Below, in pieces: positions 17,789-27,893 of a DNA stretch of 64,000 nucleotides. The stretch is taken from positions 1 to 64,000 of IMG/VR virus record IMGVR_UViG_3300037153_000324. One strand, given 5' to 3'. This DNA comes from a virus. Below the pieces are notes generated by a model. That model did not search any database. It worked only from the letters and a program-made list of their open reading frames with translations, and was not told the origin of the DNA. Within the stretch, counting starts at the first letter, position 1. Every line of letters starts with the position of its first letter. The position numbers and the translations under genes were made by a program.

Positions 17789-18211
17789 GTGAAATTTGTG
17801 CTTTCCATGCTGTTCGGCTGGCTCCTTGTCGCAATGGGTCAGCTTCGGTCAGATGGCCGAGCAACTGTCGGCGGAATTACATGGCCTGCTGCTCAGGCCA
17901 TCGTGTTCGGTGATCTGTACCGCGTCAACGGTTGGAACGGAATTGCGCTCAACAATGTTGGCGCATCGGACACGGTTCGAGTCGGTGATATGGAAATTGC
18001 GCCGGATCGAATCTGGATCGTGAAATTGCCTGCGGCCGTCAACCCAGTCAAAGGTGATGTGCTGTACTGGGCAACTGCCGACAACAGCACATTTCAGCGG
18101 GGCGATACCAACCTCGCTGCGTCAGGCAGCAGTGCGCCCGCGTGCAAGGTGCTCAAGTCGAAGGACGCAAACGGCTACGCGGAAGTCCGCGTGCTCAACG
18201 TCGGACTGTAG
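17789..18211 (+). CDS. capsid decoration/cement protein (DUF2190-like)
   Basis: position before MCP; GDLYRVNGWNGIA, GDVLYW, YAEVRV; AGGAGG RBS. Confidence 0.65.
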   Translation: MKFVLSMLFGWLLVAMGQLRSDGRATVGGITWPAAQAIVFGDLYRVNGWNGIALNNVGASDTVRVGDMEIAPDRIWIVKLPAAVNPVKGDVLYWATADNSTFQRGDTNLAASGSSAPACKVLKSKDANGYAEVRVLNVGL

Positions 18212-18223
18212 AAAGGAGTGAAA

Positions 18224-19402
18224 ATGGCGAAAAGATCAAGCAGCCTCGTTCCCGAAGCGCCCGTGATCGACGACATGGTGCGTGTAATTGGGAACGGCCA
18301 GTGGGCTGTGCGACACGACGGACGTTTTGCTCCGCTTTCACCGGGCGCGTTTGTCGGAACCCACGATGGTCGTCCGCTGCGTCATCGGGCTTGGACACCG
18401 AGCCGTGTTGTCGGTGAAATGTCCGCAGTCAGCATCATTTCTGCGTCCGAGATGGAGTCCAGGCTCGTTCCGGAATTTCGTCGGGACTGCATGGAAATCG
18501 AGCTTCTTCAGAGCGCGTCGGAAATGATTACGACGGCTCAGGGTGCGATGGACTTGCTCGAAAAGGTGCGGCTCGATATCGAAGTCGGGCTAGCCGACGT
18601 GCCAGTGCTCTACACGCCGCTGTACGAGCGCATCAACGGCCCGTTTCCTGGCGGCTCCGTCCAGATCGGCGGCGATGTGGTTTTCGACGCACACATCGTT
18701 TTCCAGCAGAAATTCGAGGCTGGCGAAGTCGTGTTCGGTACGCTCGCAAAGGCCGGAGCACCGTCGTTCGTGCCCATCGCGACGTACGCGGCAGGATTCG
18801 AGTGGACAGAGGACATTCTCGAATTCGACCGTTCGTATGAAATTGGCATGAATGCAAGGGCGTTCGGAAGGTCGTACAATTACCTTCTGAACCATTTGCA
18901 TTTCTCGCCAATCCTGACCTACACCTACACTGCTCCGAACCAGACGCCTGCGAATGCGACTGGTACGACGACGCAGGAAAAGACGCTCCGGACATTTCAG
19001 GATGCGTACAAGGAAGCTGCGATGGCGACCACGCAGCGGATTCCGAACACGGTGCTCGCGAACGAGGCAGATCGTTTTCAGGTCGAGGATGCTCTGCTTA
19101 CTCCCGTTCTCGACGACGCAGGAAATTTGCTGCGGCGTGTGCCGGTGGATACCATCATCTACTACAACGGGGCCACGGTCACGAACGGTACCGAGTCGGT
19201 CGTGTATCCGGGCGTCACACAGGGCAAGTGCTATTTCATCGCTCCTCGCACGCGAATGAAAGAGCTTGTCCATCACGATCTGCGTGTCGATATCGGCCCG
19301 CAGGACATTTCACGTCTGGTCGAGGGACAGCAGGTGGCTCGGACGAGGCGCGGTATGTATCTCGATATCGCCAACTCGGTTGAGGAAATTACACTACCCT
19401 GA
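18224..19402 (+). CDS. major capsid protein
   Basis: ~390 aa, strongly biased codons, position after protease/decoration genes. Confidence 0.85.
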   Translation: MAKRSSSLVPEAPVIDDMVRVIGNGQWAVRHDGRFAPLSPGAFVGTHDGRPLRHRAWTPSRVVGEMSAVSIISASEMESRLVPEFRRDCMEIELLQSASEMITTAQGAMDLLEKVRLDIEVGLADVPVLYTPLYERINGPFPGGSVQIGGDVVFDAHIVFQQKFEAGEVVFGTLAKAGAPSFVPIATYAAGFEWTEDILEFDRSYEIGMNARAFGRSYNYLLNHLHFSPILTYTYTAPNQTPANATGTTTQEKTLRTFQDAYKEAAMATTQRIPNTVLANEADRFQVEDALLTPVLDDAGNLLRRVPVDTIIYYNGATVTNGTESVVYPGVTQGKCYFIAPRTRMKELVHHDLRVDIGPQDISRLVEGQQVARTRRGMYLDIANSVEEITLP

Positions 19403-19785
19403 TGCCTAGGCCAAAGGAAGTGCTCACGGATTTTCATGGGCACCTACAGCGGATCGAAAACAAAGTCGATGCAATTCTCGTTCTCATGGGAGGTTTGATC
19501 CGAATGGCAGTAGATGAAGCTGCATTCGATGCAGCGCTGACGGAATTTCTCTCGGACGTGGAGGCCGGAATGCAGGCTGTTCAGGCGAAGCTCGATTCGC
19601 TTGGCACGCCGGTCGATCTGTCCGACGAGCTTCAGCAGATCCGGGACGCGAAAGACAAATTCAACGATCAGGTGCAGACGGCACTCGCCAGTGGTGGCGG
19701 CGCAACGGATCAGGGCGATCAGGGTACGGGGGAGCTAACTCCCGAAGAGCCGTCGTCCTCTGGCGAGGAACAGGTCGAGGAGTAA
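19402..19785 (+). CDS. coiled-coil hypothetical protein
   Basis: TGATG coupling to MCP. Confidence 0.7.
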   Translation: MPRPKEVLTDFHGHLQRIENKVDAILVLMGGLIRMAVDEAAFDAALTEFLSDVEAGMQAVQAKLDSLGTPVDLSDELQQIRDAKDKFNDQVQTALASGGGATDQGDQGTGELTPEEPSSSGEEQVEE

Positions 19786-19809
19786 CGCAATTTCAATTCA
19801 ACCTGAGAT

Positions 19810-19838
19810 GAGGGGCACGGCGAGGGTGCCCTTTGTTT
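19810..19838 (+). terminator. probable terminator after the capsid operon
   Basis: GAGGGGCAC-loop-GTGCCCTTT then GTTT. Confidence 0.55.
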
Positions 19839-19851
19839 CGGGGGAGGGCAC

Positions 19852-20127
19852 ATGGAGTGCCAGGTGTGTTTTCAACCGGAATGCTCCGAGTCGATTGGAG
19901 CGATGCAGCGGCCTCGTCCTGGGGCCGTTCCGACGAAATTACAACCTGGGGAGAAGGAGTATCGCGGGTACGGAGAATGGGCAATTACACCTGATGAAGC
20001 ACAATTTGTTCTTCACCGTGGCTACGCGATTGTGAATGGAAAAAAACGCCATGTACATTTCATTCAAAATGAGGCGTACGTGGCACAAGTCTACGTTGAT
20101 GGTACCGGGGGCGGTGACAGGTACTAG
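19852..20127 (+). CDS. hypothetical protein
   Basis: GGGAGG RBS, 91 aa. Confidence 0.65.
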   Translation: MECQVCFQPECSESIGAMQRPRPGAVPTKLQPGEKEYRGYGEWAITPDEAQFVLHRGYAIVNGKKRHVHFIQNEAYVAQVYVDGTGGGDRY

Positions 20128-20924
20128 TGCTAGGTGTAAAGAAAGCCAAATTTCAGAAACAGTCTAGGGGTGAGTACCCGGAGTATCCTCCGGGTGAAAT
20201 CGTGATTCCTTGCAATGATCTTGCTAGGTATCACAATTTCACCTACGACTTCAGACTCTTGGACGTGCCAGATGGAACAGTCATTTCGATGACTCGTTCT
20301 GCTTCGGTGGTCGAGAATTTGAATTTAGCGATTCGTTCGCTGAACAACAATTCGGAATGGGTCTGGATCATGGGTGACGATCATGCTTTCGGGCGTGACA
20401 CTCTCATGAAATTGCTGAAGGTGCTGTATGAAAACGATTACAGCATCGTCGTGCCTCTCTGTTGTCGTCGTGGCCCGCCATTCGGGCTTGTTGTTTTTGA
20501 CGAGGAGCGAGATGAGGACTACCTTGGGCGAGGGCAATTTCACACGATGCAGTTTCCTGATTTGCCGAAGAGTGGTCAGTTCGAATGCATAGCCGCTGGC
20601 TCTGCTGGAATGCTCATCAACCGAGGCGTTTTTGATGAAATGGGTGAGCCGTGGTTCGAAAATTCGGACAATATTACAACGAACGAGGACGTTGTATTTT
20701 GCAAGAAGGCTCGCGCACTCGGACATAAAGTGATGGTAGACGTTGACACACGAATCGGACACATCGGAGTCGTTGGAGTCTGGCCTGACTATCGTGACGG
20801 GCAGTGGGGGATTACGCTCGATTTTCAGGGCGTTGGGCAGAACCACATCTTCCTCGCGGGCGGCATCCGGGAAGGAAATAACGGGGCACCCGAGCCTCGA
20901 ACTGGAACCCTCGATTGGGAGTGA
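20127..20924 (+). CDS. GT2-like glycosyltransferase
   Basis: WVWIMGDDH (DxD-like), AAGSAGMLINRGVF, EDVVFC..A...G..V.VD....GH. Confidence 0.8.
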   Translation: MLGVKKAKFQKQSRGEYPEYPPGEIVIPCNDLARYHNFTYDFRLLDVPDGTVISMTRSASVVENLNLAIRSLNNNSEWVWIMGDDHAFGRDTLMKLLKVLYENDYSIVVPLCCRRGPPFGLVVFDEERDEDYLGRGQFHTMQFPDLPKSGQFECIAAGSAGMLINRGVFDEMGEPWFENSDNITTNEDVVFCKKARALGHKVMVDVDTRIGHIGVVGVWPDYRDGQWGITLDFQGVGQNHIFLAGGIREGNNGAPEPRTGTLDWE

Positions 20925-21064
20925 TCCCATCGTAATTACAGTCTGTGCAAATTGTGGGCGTATGCGATCCGTGCTTTGGCTGACCAAGGATCGCTGGTAC
21001 TGCGGAACATGCAGAGCGGAAGGAAAAGCGCCGCCAGATATGTTCCCCATCGGATAGGAGTGAA

Positions 21065-21541
21065 ATGATCGCTTTTCTTTGCGTAGCGCTGCTCCTTCCT
21101 TGGCTGATTGCCAAGATGGCTGAAATTTGGCCGGATGAGGGGCTGGATCTGGCGCTTGGTTTTTTTCCGCGTGCAGGAACACTTCCAGCAAATACATGGG
21201 TAGCACTTTTCACGTCGTATACACCTTCGACGGTTGGGACGAACAACAACGGCCTAGCGAGCTACACGGAGCCGTCAGGGAACGGCTATGGGCGGCAGAC
21301 AATTTCAAGTGCTTCATGGGGCGCTCAGGCGGCTGCTACGGCCGGTAGAAAGGTCACAGCAGGTCAGGTGACGTTTGCGACAGCAACAGGCGCGTGGGGA
21401 ACGATCAATGGTTTTGCACTTGCGAATGCGCTCTCTGTTGGCTCAGCGTATTTTGCCTGTAATTTCGATGACGCGACGGCTGTACCGATTCAGTCAAATG
21501 ATGTAATCAAGGTCACGCCAACCGCCCAATATAATCAATAG
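21065..21541 (+). CDS. virion structural protein (head fibre/connector family)
   Basis: WVALFT, EPSGNGYGRQ, F..ATGAWGTI.GF pattern. Confidence 0.7.
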   Translation: MIAFLCVALLLPWLIAKMAEIWPDEGLDLALGFFPRAGTLPANTWVALFTSYTPSTVGTNNNGLASYTEPSGNGYGRQTISSASWGAQAAATAGRKVTAGQVTFATATGAWGTINGFALANALSVGSAYFACNFDDATAVPIQSNDVIKVTPTAQYNQ

Positions 21542-21551
21542 ACAGTAATTT

Positions 21552-22055
21552 ATGTCTGTTAGCTATTACCAGGACAAGAAAAAGCAGTGGTGGGAAGTGA
21601 AGGCCCACGGAGCGCGTAGACGCTGTGCGATGCACACTTGTGAGCAGTGTGGAAAGGAATTTCCTCGTTATCGTGCAAACGGCAAGAGCACGAATCAATA
21701 CTGTTCACGGGTTTGTGCTAATCGCGCCGAAAAACCACGTAGGATAAGAAGAGGCCCAGATCATCCAAATTACAAGGGGGGTCATATCAGCAAGGAAGGT
21801 TATCGCCAAATTTATGTAGACCGCAAGCTTGTGTTTGAGCATCGTCATGTCATGGCTGAATTTCTTGGTCGTGAGCTTTATTCCGACGAGACGGTTCACC
21901 ACATCAATGGCGATAAGCTAGATAATCGGATTGAAAATCTCGAACTGTGGTCATTTAGGCATCCTCGGGGTCAGCGAGTTGTAGACCTAATTGACTTTGC
22001 GGAGGAAATTCTGATGGTTTACAAGTCAACGCCGACGACTCAGTACAACCAGTAG
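21552..22055 (+). mobile_element. free-standing HNH homing endonuclease
   Basis: EHRHVMA..LGR.L...ETVHHINGDKLDNRIENLEL; CEQCG..YCSRVC; flanked by a duplicated host 3' end. Confidence 0.9.
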
Positions 22056-22063
22056 GTGAAATT

Positions 22064-22333
22064 ATGGAGGTAGGTCAGAAAGTCAGGATCAAGCATGACG
22101 GCCGGGTAGGAAGCATCTCGGATATCGACGGGGAAATGCTGACAGTGTTGCTTCCTGTGGAAAAGTTGCATGAAGTGAAAAATACAACTATTGCTGACCT
22201 AGAGGAGAAGAAAGTCAAGCAGGCAGGCGTCGAGGAAGAGTGGATCGAAGGGCCAGACGTTCACGGGCGCTTTTGGGATCAGGACGGAAATCAGGTAATT
22301 ACAGATCCGGATGGGAATAGGGTGGAACTGTAA
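22064..22333 (+). CDS. hypothetical protein
   Basis: 89-aa ORF, coupled to the next gene. Confidence 0.65.
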   Translation: MEVGQKVRIKHDGRVGSISDIDGEMLTVLLPVEKLHEVKNTTIADLEEKKVKQAGVEEEWIEGPDVHGRFWDQDGNQVITDPDGNRVEL

Positions 22334-22824
22334 TGCCACAGTATATTGCGATTCCAAGAGCAACGAGCAACCCATTTGAAGTCATCGAAGTTGCACTGAC
22401 AGCTTCTCTCAAGACTGTGTTGCAGGTAAAGCCGGTTACGAAAGACCTTGTAATTTGTGGGTGGGGAATTTCAACAGATGGGAATGCTTCGGGTACACCA
22501 TTTGTTGCTGATCTTTGCGCAACTGATGTAGCGGCTACTGTTACAGCGCTTACACCTGACCTGTGGGAGAACGAGGACGCTGTAGCAGCGCTTGCAGTGG
22601 GTGGAACATCGGCCACGGGCTACAACGCATCGGCTGAAGGAACAATTGCGGCGTTTCGTATGTTCGATGCGCAGGAAATTCGGCCAGATGGTGATAAATA
22701 CGTGATGTGGTTCCCATTGAAAGAACGGCCGAAGGTTGCGGCTGGTGGATTTGCTCGGGTCAGGGCGCACTATTCTGCAACAGGCGTCAATTGCCTTCCT
22801 TGGTTGGTGTTTGACGAAACGTAA
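22333..22824 (+). CDS. virion-associated beta-rich protein
   Basis: TAATG coupling in the structural operon. Confidence 0.7.
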   Translation: MPQYIAIPRATSNPFEVIEVALTASLKTVLQVKPVTKDLVICGWGISTDGNASGTPFVADLCATDVAATVTALTPDLWENEDAVAALAVGGTSATGYNASAEGTIAAFRMFDAQEIRPDGDKYVMWFPLKERPKVAAGGFARVRAHYSATGVNCLPWLVFDET

Positions 22825-23561
22825 TGGGTTCTCGTTCGATTACTCCTGAATTTCTCATGTTGCGAAATAGTGCTTCGCCAGTTGGCGGCACTTTACCTAC
22901 GGGTGCATTTGTAAATGGCGCAGATGCAACGGGGTTTGCGACAGGTGCTCGTACACCACGGGATTTGATTCCGTTCATGGGTGTAGCAACAAATATATTT
23001 CTCTCCTTTACGTCTAACCCTGACACGAATCCGCAAGCGTGGGGGTTGGGGCGTTGGGTTTCACGACCATTGCGTGCCCCATATTCAGTAAACGTAAATT
23101 CTCTAATACAATTTACTTTTGCACAAGGAAATTCTGCTCATCAAGCAAATTATTACGCTTGCGGATATATCTGGCGTCCGAGCACAGGTGTACAGATTGG
23201 CAGTGTGGTTGAAGGTACTGCTGGTGCAATAGGCTCTACATCACTACAGTGGTCAATTTCTGTTCCAGTAATTGCATCGGCAGATAGGGCACTGGTTCAA
23301 GATGGTGATGTATATGTTCTTGAGATAAGCGACAGGTTTACGCAGCAAAGCGCAGTAGCTTACACTTCTACAGTGTATTTTGATGGGCAAGATCCTCCTA
23401 CGTCGCCTATTACCAGTCCCGCTTCTTCAGTTAGGTTTTCTGCAATTGTAAATGGGATTCGCACAGGGATAGCAGTACAGACTGCTGAGAATATTTCTGT
23501 TGCTGAAATGTATTCTTACCCCAAAAGCATTGCTCGCAATAGAGTGGCGGTGTATAGCTAG
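22824..23561 (+). CDS. virion-associated beta-rich protein
   Basis: TAATG coupling, AT-richer codons. Confidence 0.65.
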   Translation: MGSRSITPEFLMLRNSASPVGGTLPTGAFVNGADATGFATGARTPRDLIPFMGVATNIFLSFTSNPDTNPQAWGLGRWVSRPLRAPYSVNVNSLIQFTFAQGNSAHQANYYACGYIWRPSTGVQIGSVVEGTAGAIGSTSLQWSISVPVIASADRALVQDGDVYVLEISDRFTQQSAVAYTSTVYFDGQDPPTSPITSPASSVRFSAIVNGIRTGIAVQTAENISVAEMYSYPKSIARNRVAVYS

Positions 23562-26206
23562 TGCCCCGTCGCGGTAGATCCTGGCCTGCACGTCCATACG
23601 TTGAGTATTTCAGGCCGAAATTGCCCTGGATGCCTATTGGCTCGGGAATTTCGCAAAAGTCTAGCTCAGGTGTTTGCAATAGGAGTCTCAGTACGCTTGT
23701 TGACTCATTCGATGCAATGCTCGACAGCACGAAGTGGCCTGATTCGACCGCAGGGGTCGTTTGGGATGCCGCTGGCCGAGTAAAACTCCCTTGCACTTCT
23801 AGCTATGAGCGAATTGCTACTTCCATCTCGCTCGGAAATTTCTTTTTGACCGGCTCTGGTATTCAGGCGCAGATAACTCCTCCATCATTCGGGAATGGTG
23901 GCCGTGAAATTTGGCTTGAGGTATCGCGGGTTGGAGTTGTAAACCAAGACAAGCTCTCCATGTGTTATTCCGGTGGCTATCTGGTCGCTCGTCAGACGGT
24001 TGGTGGGTCAACACAGAGCCAGACCACTGCTTACTATGCCGCTGGCACTCATGCTTTTTGGCGAATTCGTGAGCAGGGTGGCACAGTGTATTTCGAGACT
24101 TCCCCGGATGGCTCTACATGGAATCCGTTTTGGTCAGTTGCGCCAGCATTTGCAATTACAAATGTGTGGGCGTCAGTTCGATGTGGGTATTTTGGTACCG
24201 AATCGGCGGATAACGGCTACGTCGATAACATCAATTTCATTGCTCCGTATACGACCGCTAAAATCGAAACACTTACAGATGCATTCGATACGACGGTTGA
24301 CTTTTCAAAATGGAATTGGTCATCGGGTTCTGTGGTTTGGGATTCTGGCGCAGGTGGTCGAGCAAAAATCCCATGTGCCACATCTTATTACTCTCTTGCT
24401 ACAGCAATGACAGGGCCGTGGTATGACCTGACTGGCTCAGCAGTATTTGCGAAAATGACACCGCCGCCGAATGGCGCGGGTTCGCGTGAATTTTACATCG
24501 AAGCTCTCCGTGCAACTGTAAACACTGACAAAGTATCGTTCTTTTGGGCGTCAGGAAATCTTTACTGGCGCTTGACACGCGGGGGAGTGCAGATAAGCCA
24601 ATCGAGCATCCCCTACGATGCAGTAAATCATGCCTGGCTGCGAATTCGCGAATCTGGTGGAACAGTGTATTTTGACACTTCACCTGATGGTGCTGTATGG
24701 ACAAATAGAGCTTCGCTTGTACCAGGGTTCGATGTGTCGAAAATTTGGGTCAATTTCAGTGCTGGTTACTGGTCAACCGAATCGGCCTCGGATGCTTATG
24801 TCGATAGTGTAAATATTGCGCCGTATACTGGCGTTACTTACACAAAAGCTGGTTCGGGAATTTTAGAAAGCAATGCGAGCGGCACAAGAGTAAAAGTTTG
24901 GAGTAAGACTGGCTCTGGAATTTCAGCGCATGCAGCAAATGGATCAGATGCTTCTACTTTTGTAGATTCAGGCGTAGGGGTTTCCGAAAACACTGGTTCT
25001 GGTTTCGAGGCGAAGTCGCATGCTGTTGTGCTAGCGGGGTCAGGAATCAAAACTCATGCTGCTAGTGGACTAGATGCAATTACTTTTGGTAAAACCGGCT
25101 CCGGTGTCAAAGATTCGTTTGCGAACGGAGTACGTGCCCGAGAATATGCCAAAACCGGAAATGGAGTCTCAAGTCGCGTTGGTAGCGGCCAGGATGCCTT
25201 CCTGCCTATGGAGACAGGGCTAACTGTCAGGGTCGAGACTGCAAATGGCTCAAAGGCAATTACGTTTGCAAAGGCAGGTGCAGGAATTTCTGCGCGAGTC
25301 AGTAGTGGGGCCGATATTTACATATTCGGCAAGACTGGCGCAGGAATTTCAGGACGAATTGGTGGCGGAATGTATGTGCGTGCGGGTGGAGCACAGAAGC
25401 TCGGCTCGGGAATCCGAGAAAATTCAGCATCCGGCTTTGACGCGACGATCTACTCCAAATCTGGCTCTGGAATTCGTGCAAGCGCCGCAGGCGGTATCAG
25501 GAATTACGCGCTTGGCAAGACAGGTGTCGGAATTTCCATTCTGGCCGCGTCTGGAAGTAAAGCGCCTGTCTTTGCCAAGACTGGGGTCGGAATTAGTGCT
25601 CGAATTTCCTCTGGCAACAAAAACTATGTCGCTGGTAAAACAGGTGCAGGTATCAGCGAGCGTGCTGCTAGTGGGTCAAAACTACTGATGTTTGGGAAAA
25701 CAGGCACGGGAATTTCAAGCCGTGTTGGTAGTGGAGCCACTGTCAAGTCGGTCATCTGGTTCAAGGCAGGTGCAGGGATTCGTGTCCAGTCTGCATCCGG
25801 TGTTTGGGACAAGGACGTTCTCAAGGCCGGTGGAGCAGAAAGAGTCCAGAGCGCATCTGGAACGCGAATTCGTGAAATTCAGAAGGCCGGAATTGTTGTT
25901 ATGTTGCATTCGGCTGGTGGCTTCACGGTTACTCAGTTCGGTAAGAGCGGAACCGGGATTCGTGACTCAGCAAGCGGCGGCGAATCGAAGTTTGTGGCTG
26001 GAATTACCTTCACTGATGAGATATGGCTTCTGCGAGCCGGGGAATCGGATGCGATTCTGGAAGCAATTACAACTGGCTCGAAGCCGGAGCTTGAATCCGT
26101 GTACGAAGTGCTGACGGATGATGAAATGATCGAGGCTGTGCGAACTGCGCCTGCTGAATTGGTCGAAGTTGGACAAGGTAAAGCTGAACTAGAGAGGGTG
26201 GGCTAA
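23561..26206 (+). CDS. long fibre/appendage protein: two tandem lectin-like domains plus ~24-aa K(T/A)GxGI..ASG repeats
   Basis: duplicated HA.WRIRE.GGTVYF.TSPDG..W domain; periodic Gly/Ser repeats. Confidence 0.75.
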   Translation: MPRRGRSWPARPYVEYFRPKLPWMPIGSGISQKSSSGVCNRSLSTLVDSFDAMLDSTKWPDSTAGVVWDAAGRVKLPCTSSYERIATSISLGNFFLTGSGIQAQITPPSFGNGGREIWLEVSRVGVVNQDKLSMCYSGGYLVARQTVGGSTQSQTTAYYAAGTHAFWRIREQGGTVYFETSPDGSTWNPFWSVAPAFAITNVWASVRCGYFGTESADNGYVDNINFIAPYTTAKIETLTDAFDTTVDFSKWNWSSGSVVWDSGAGGRAKIPCATSYYSLATAMTGPWYDLTGSAVFAKMTPPPNGAGSREFYIEALRATVNTDKVSFFWASGNLYWRLTRGGVQISQSSIPYDAVNHAWLRIRESGGTVYFDTSPDGAVWTNRASLVPGFDVSKIWVNFSAGYWSTESASDAYVDSVNIAPYTGVTYTKAGSGILESNASGTRVKVWSKTGSGISAHAANGSDASTFVDSGVGVSENTGSGFEAKSHAVVLAGSGIKTHAASGLDAITFGKTGSGVKDSFANGVRAREYAKTGNGVSSRVGSGQDAFLPMETGLTVRVETANGSKAITFAKAGAGISARVSSGADIYIFGKTGAGISGRIGGGMYVRAGGAQKLGSGIRENSASGFDATIYSKSGSGIRASAAGGIRNYALGKTGVGISILAASGSKAPVFAKTGVGISARISSGNKNYVAGKTGAGISERAASGSKLLMFGKTGTGISSRVGSGATVKSVIWFKAGAGIRVQSASGVWDKDVLKAGGAERVQSASGTRIREIQKAGIVVMLHSAGGFTVTQFGKSGTGIRDSASGGESKFVAGITFTDEIWLLRAGESDAILEAITTGSKPELESVYEVLTDDEMIEAVRTAPAELVEVGQGKAELERVG

Positions 26207-26922
26207 TGGCAACAGTCACACTTGATTTCAGACCACCCACCGATCCGGATATTTCGGTGCTGCATGTTTACGAAGCGCCAACATCGGACGGGCCGTGGGA
26301 TGAAATTGACACGGTTACTCCTGTTGGCACGTATCCGACATACATCACTCGGTATACGACCCAAAATGCATCCGATCCGAAAAACTGGTTCGCAATCGAG
26401 TGGGAAAGCACGCTCGGGGCCAAATCTGGCCTCTCTGAGCCGCTTCAGGGAGGGTTTGATCCGCTTTTGAGTGAAATTGTCAACCGGGTTTTGCTTCGTG
26501 ACTCGTCCCTGGATGAGAATATCGTCGCTCAGGAAGCTGAAGCGGTTGTCGAGGGCTTTTTCCCGCTGGAAGAGCTTTCAAGTATCCCTGCGAACGAGGC
26601 AACTGCCCGTCAGCTTTCCGGTTTTACTCTTCTGACGATGGCAAGGGCCTATTTGAGTGAAATTCTCAAGCAATCGGCAGGCGTCAGCGGAAACGTGCAG
26701 AGCTTCACGGCTGGACTGGTTCAAATTTCAAGCGGAACGACCGCTGGAAGCGGGAAAACGACAAGTATTGACATGATCGAGAAGATCATCGAGAATGCCA
26801 ACTCCCTCCTTGGTCGGAGCTACAGCTACATCGTACTGCTAGAAGAAATCGCGGTGGCTGGTGGTTACAAGCAACTCGACTTCTCAATGGACGAGTCCCG
26901 GCTGATCTTTGAAATTGGCTGA
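26206..26922 (+). CDS. head-tail adaptor (FN3-like N-terminus)
   Basis: position, size, TAATG coupling. Confidence 0.6.
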   Translation: MATVTLDFRPPTDPDISVLHVYEAPTSDGPWDEIDTVTPVGTYPTYITRYTTQNASDPKNWFAIEWESTLGAKSGLSEPLQGGFDPLLSEIVNRVLLRDSSLDENIVAQEAEAVVEGFFPLEELSSIPANEATARQLSGFTLLTMARAYLSEILKQSAGVSGNVQSFTAGLVQISSGTTAGSGKTTSIDMIEKIIENANSLLGRSYSYIVLLEEIAVAGGYKQLDFSMDESRLIFEIG

Positions 26923-27428
26923 TGAGCACGATTCCCGCATTCATTGCTCTTCTCAACCAGCACGGCTCTGACGTGCATTTTCATCGGTCGGATTCGATGA
27001 TTCCTTGCCCCTGCCGGACACCGGAAGGCTATCGGGATATGTCCTGGCACATTATGAACCCTGAAGCTCCGATGTGCGATGAAAATGGAATGCTGTCTGA
27101 TCCGAATGCGCTATCGGATCTGATCGTCAAGGCTTTTTGCCAGCCAATTCAGTCTACGCGAGCTACAAGGCTGAATTCCGAGGTAATTGCAGCCATGTTT
27201 GGAGATATTCAGGCTGACGACCATCTCGGGATCTTCCCGGTCGAGTGGCAAGGCACGACGTTGAATTTCAGACAGTGGGGCATGTCTGGCGAGGATTACG
27301 TCGAGTACGCGAATCAGCGTTTTACAATAGTAAATTCCAATTTGATTCCTGACCCTGACGACGGCAACCCATGGCATCATTGGGAAACCGGCCTAAGGTT
27401 GATTGGAGACGCTACGTGGTTAGGTTGA
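26922..27428 (+). CDS. head-tail joining protein
   Basis: CPC motif, HHWE.GLR C-terminus, position. Confidence 0.6.
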   Translation: MSTIPAFIALLNQHGSDVHFHRSDSMIPCPCRTPEGYRDMSWHIMNPEAPMCDENGMLSDPNALSDLIVKAFCQPIQSTRATRLNSEVIAAMFGDIQADDHLGIFPVEWQGTTLNFRQWGMSGEDYVEYANQRFTIVNSNLIPDPDDGNPWHHWETGLRLIGDATWLG

Positions 27429-27859
27429 CACAAAACGACTGGCGCTATTTGGCAGGACTTTTCGACGGTGAAGGCTGTGTGACTATTTGTGTTGCGACAC
27501 GAAAAACAGCTACATCAAGTTGCCAAGCAGGGACAAGAGCGCTAAATACATCTTTGAGGATTGCCAATAATGATCCTCGCGTTCTACTTTGGCTTGAAAA
27601 GAATTTTGGTGGCAAGGTTCGACAACATAGTGCTAAACGTCTATCGTGGGTCTGGATTGTACAAGGAGATAAGTCAGTAGAGGCAGCAAGTCAATTACTG
27701 AAATACTCGCGCATGAAAAAAGATCAGTTAGAGGCGTTTATTGCTCTTCAGGCATTACGTGTGCGTTCTGGCATGCGCGTTTCTGAGCGTGATTGGCGAC
27801 AACGTGAAAAACTAGTCAATGTAATTCGTATGTCCGAGTACAGAAGGAAAGCATCGTGA
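27416..27859 (+). mobile_element. free-standing LAGLIDADG homing endonuclease
   Basis: YLAGLFDGEGCV motif; L.WL...FGG; duplicated host 3' end downstream. Confidence 0.9.
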
Positions 27860-27893
27860 TCGGAATGCGCTTGATTGGTAGTGAGGGCGAGTA

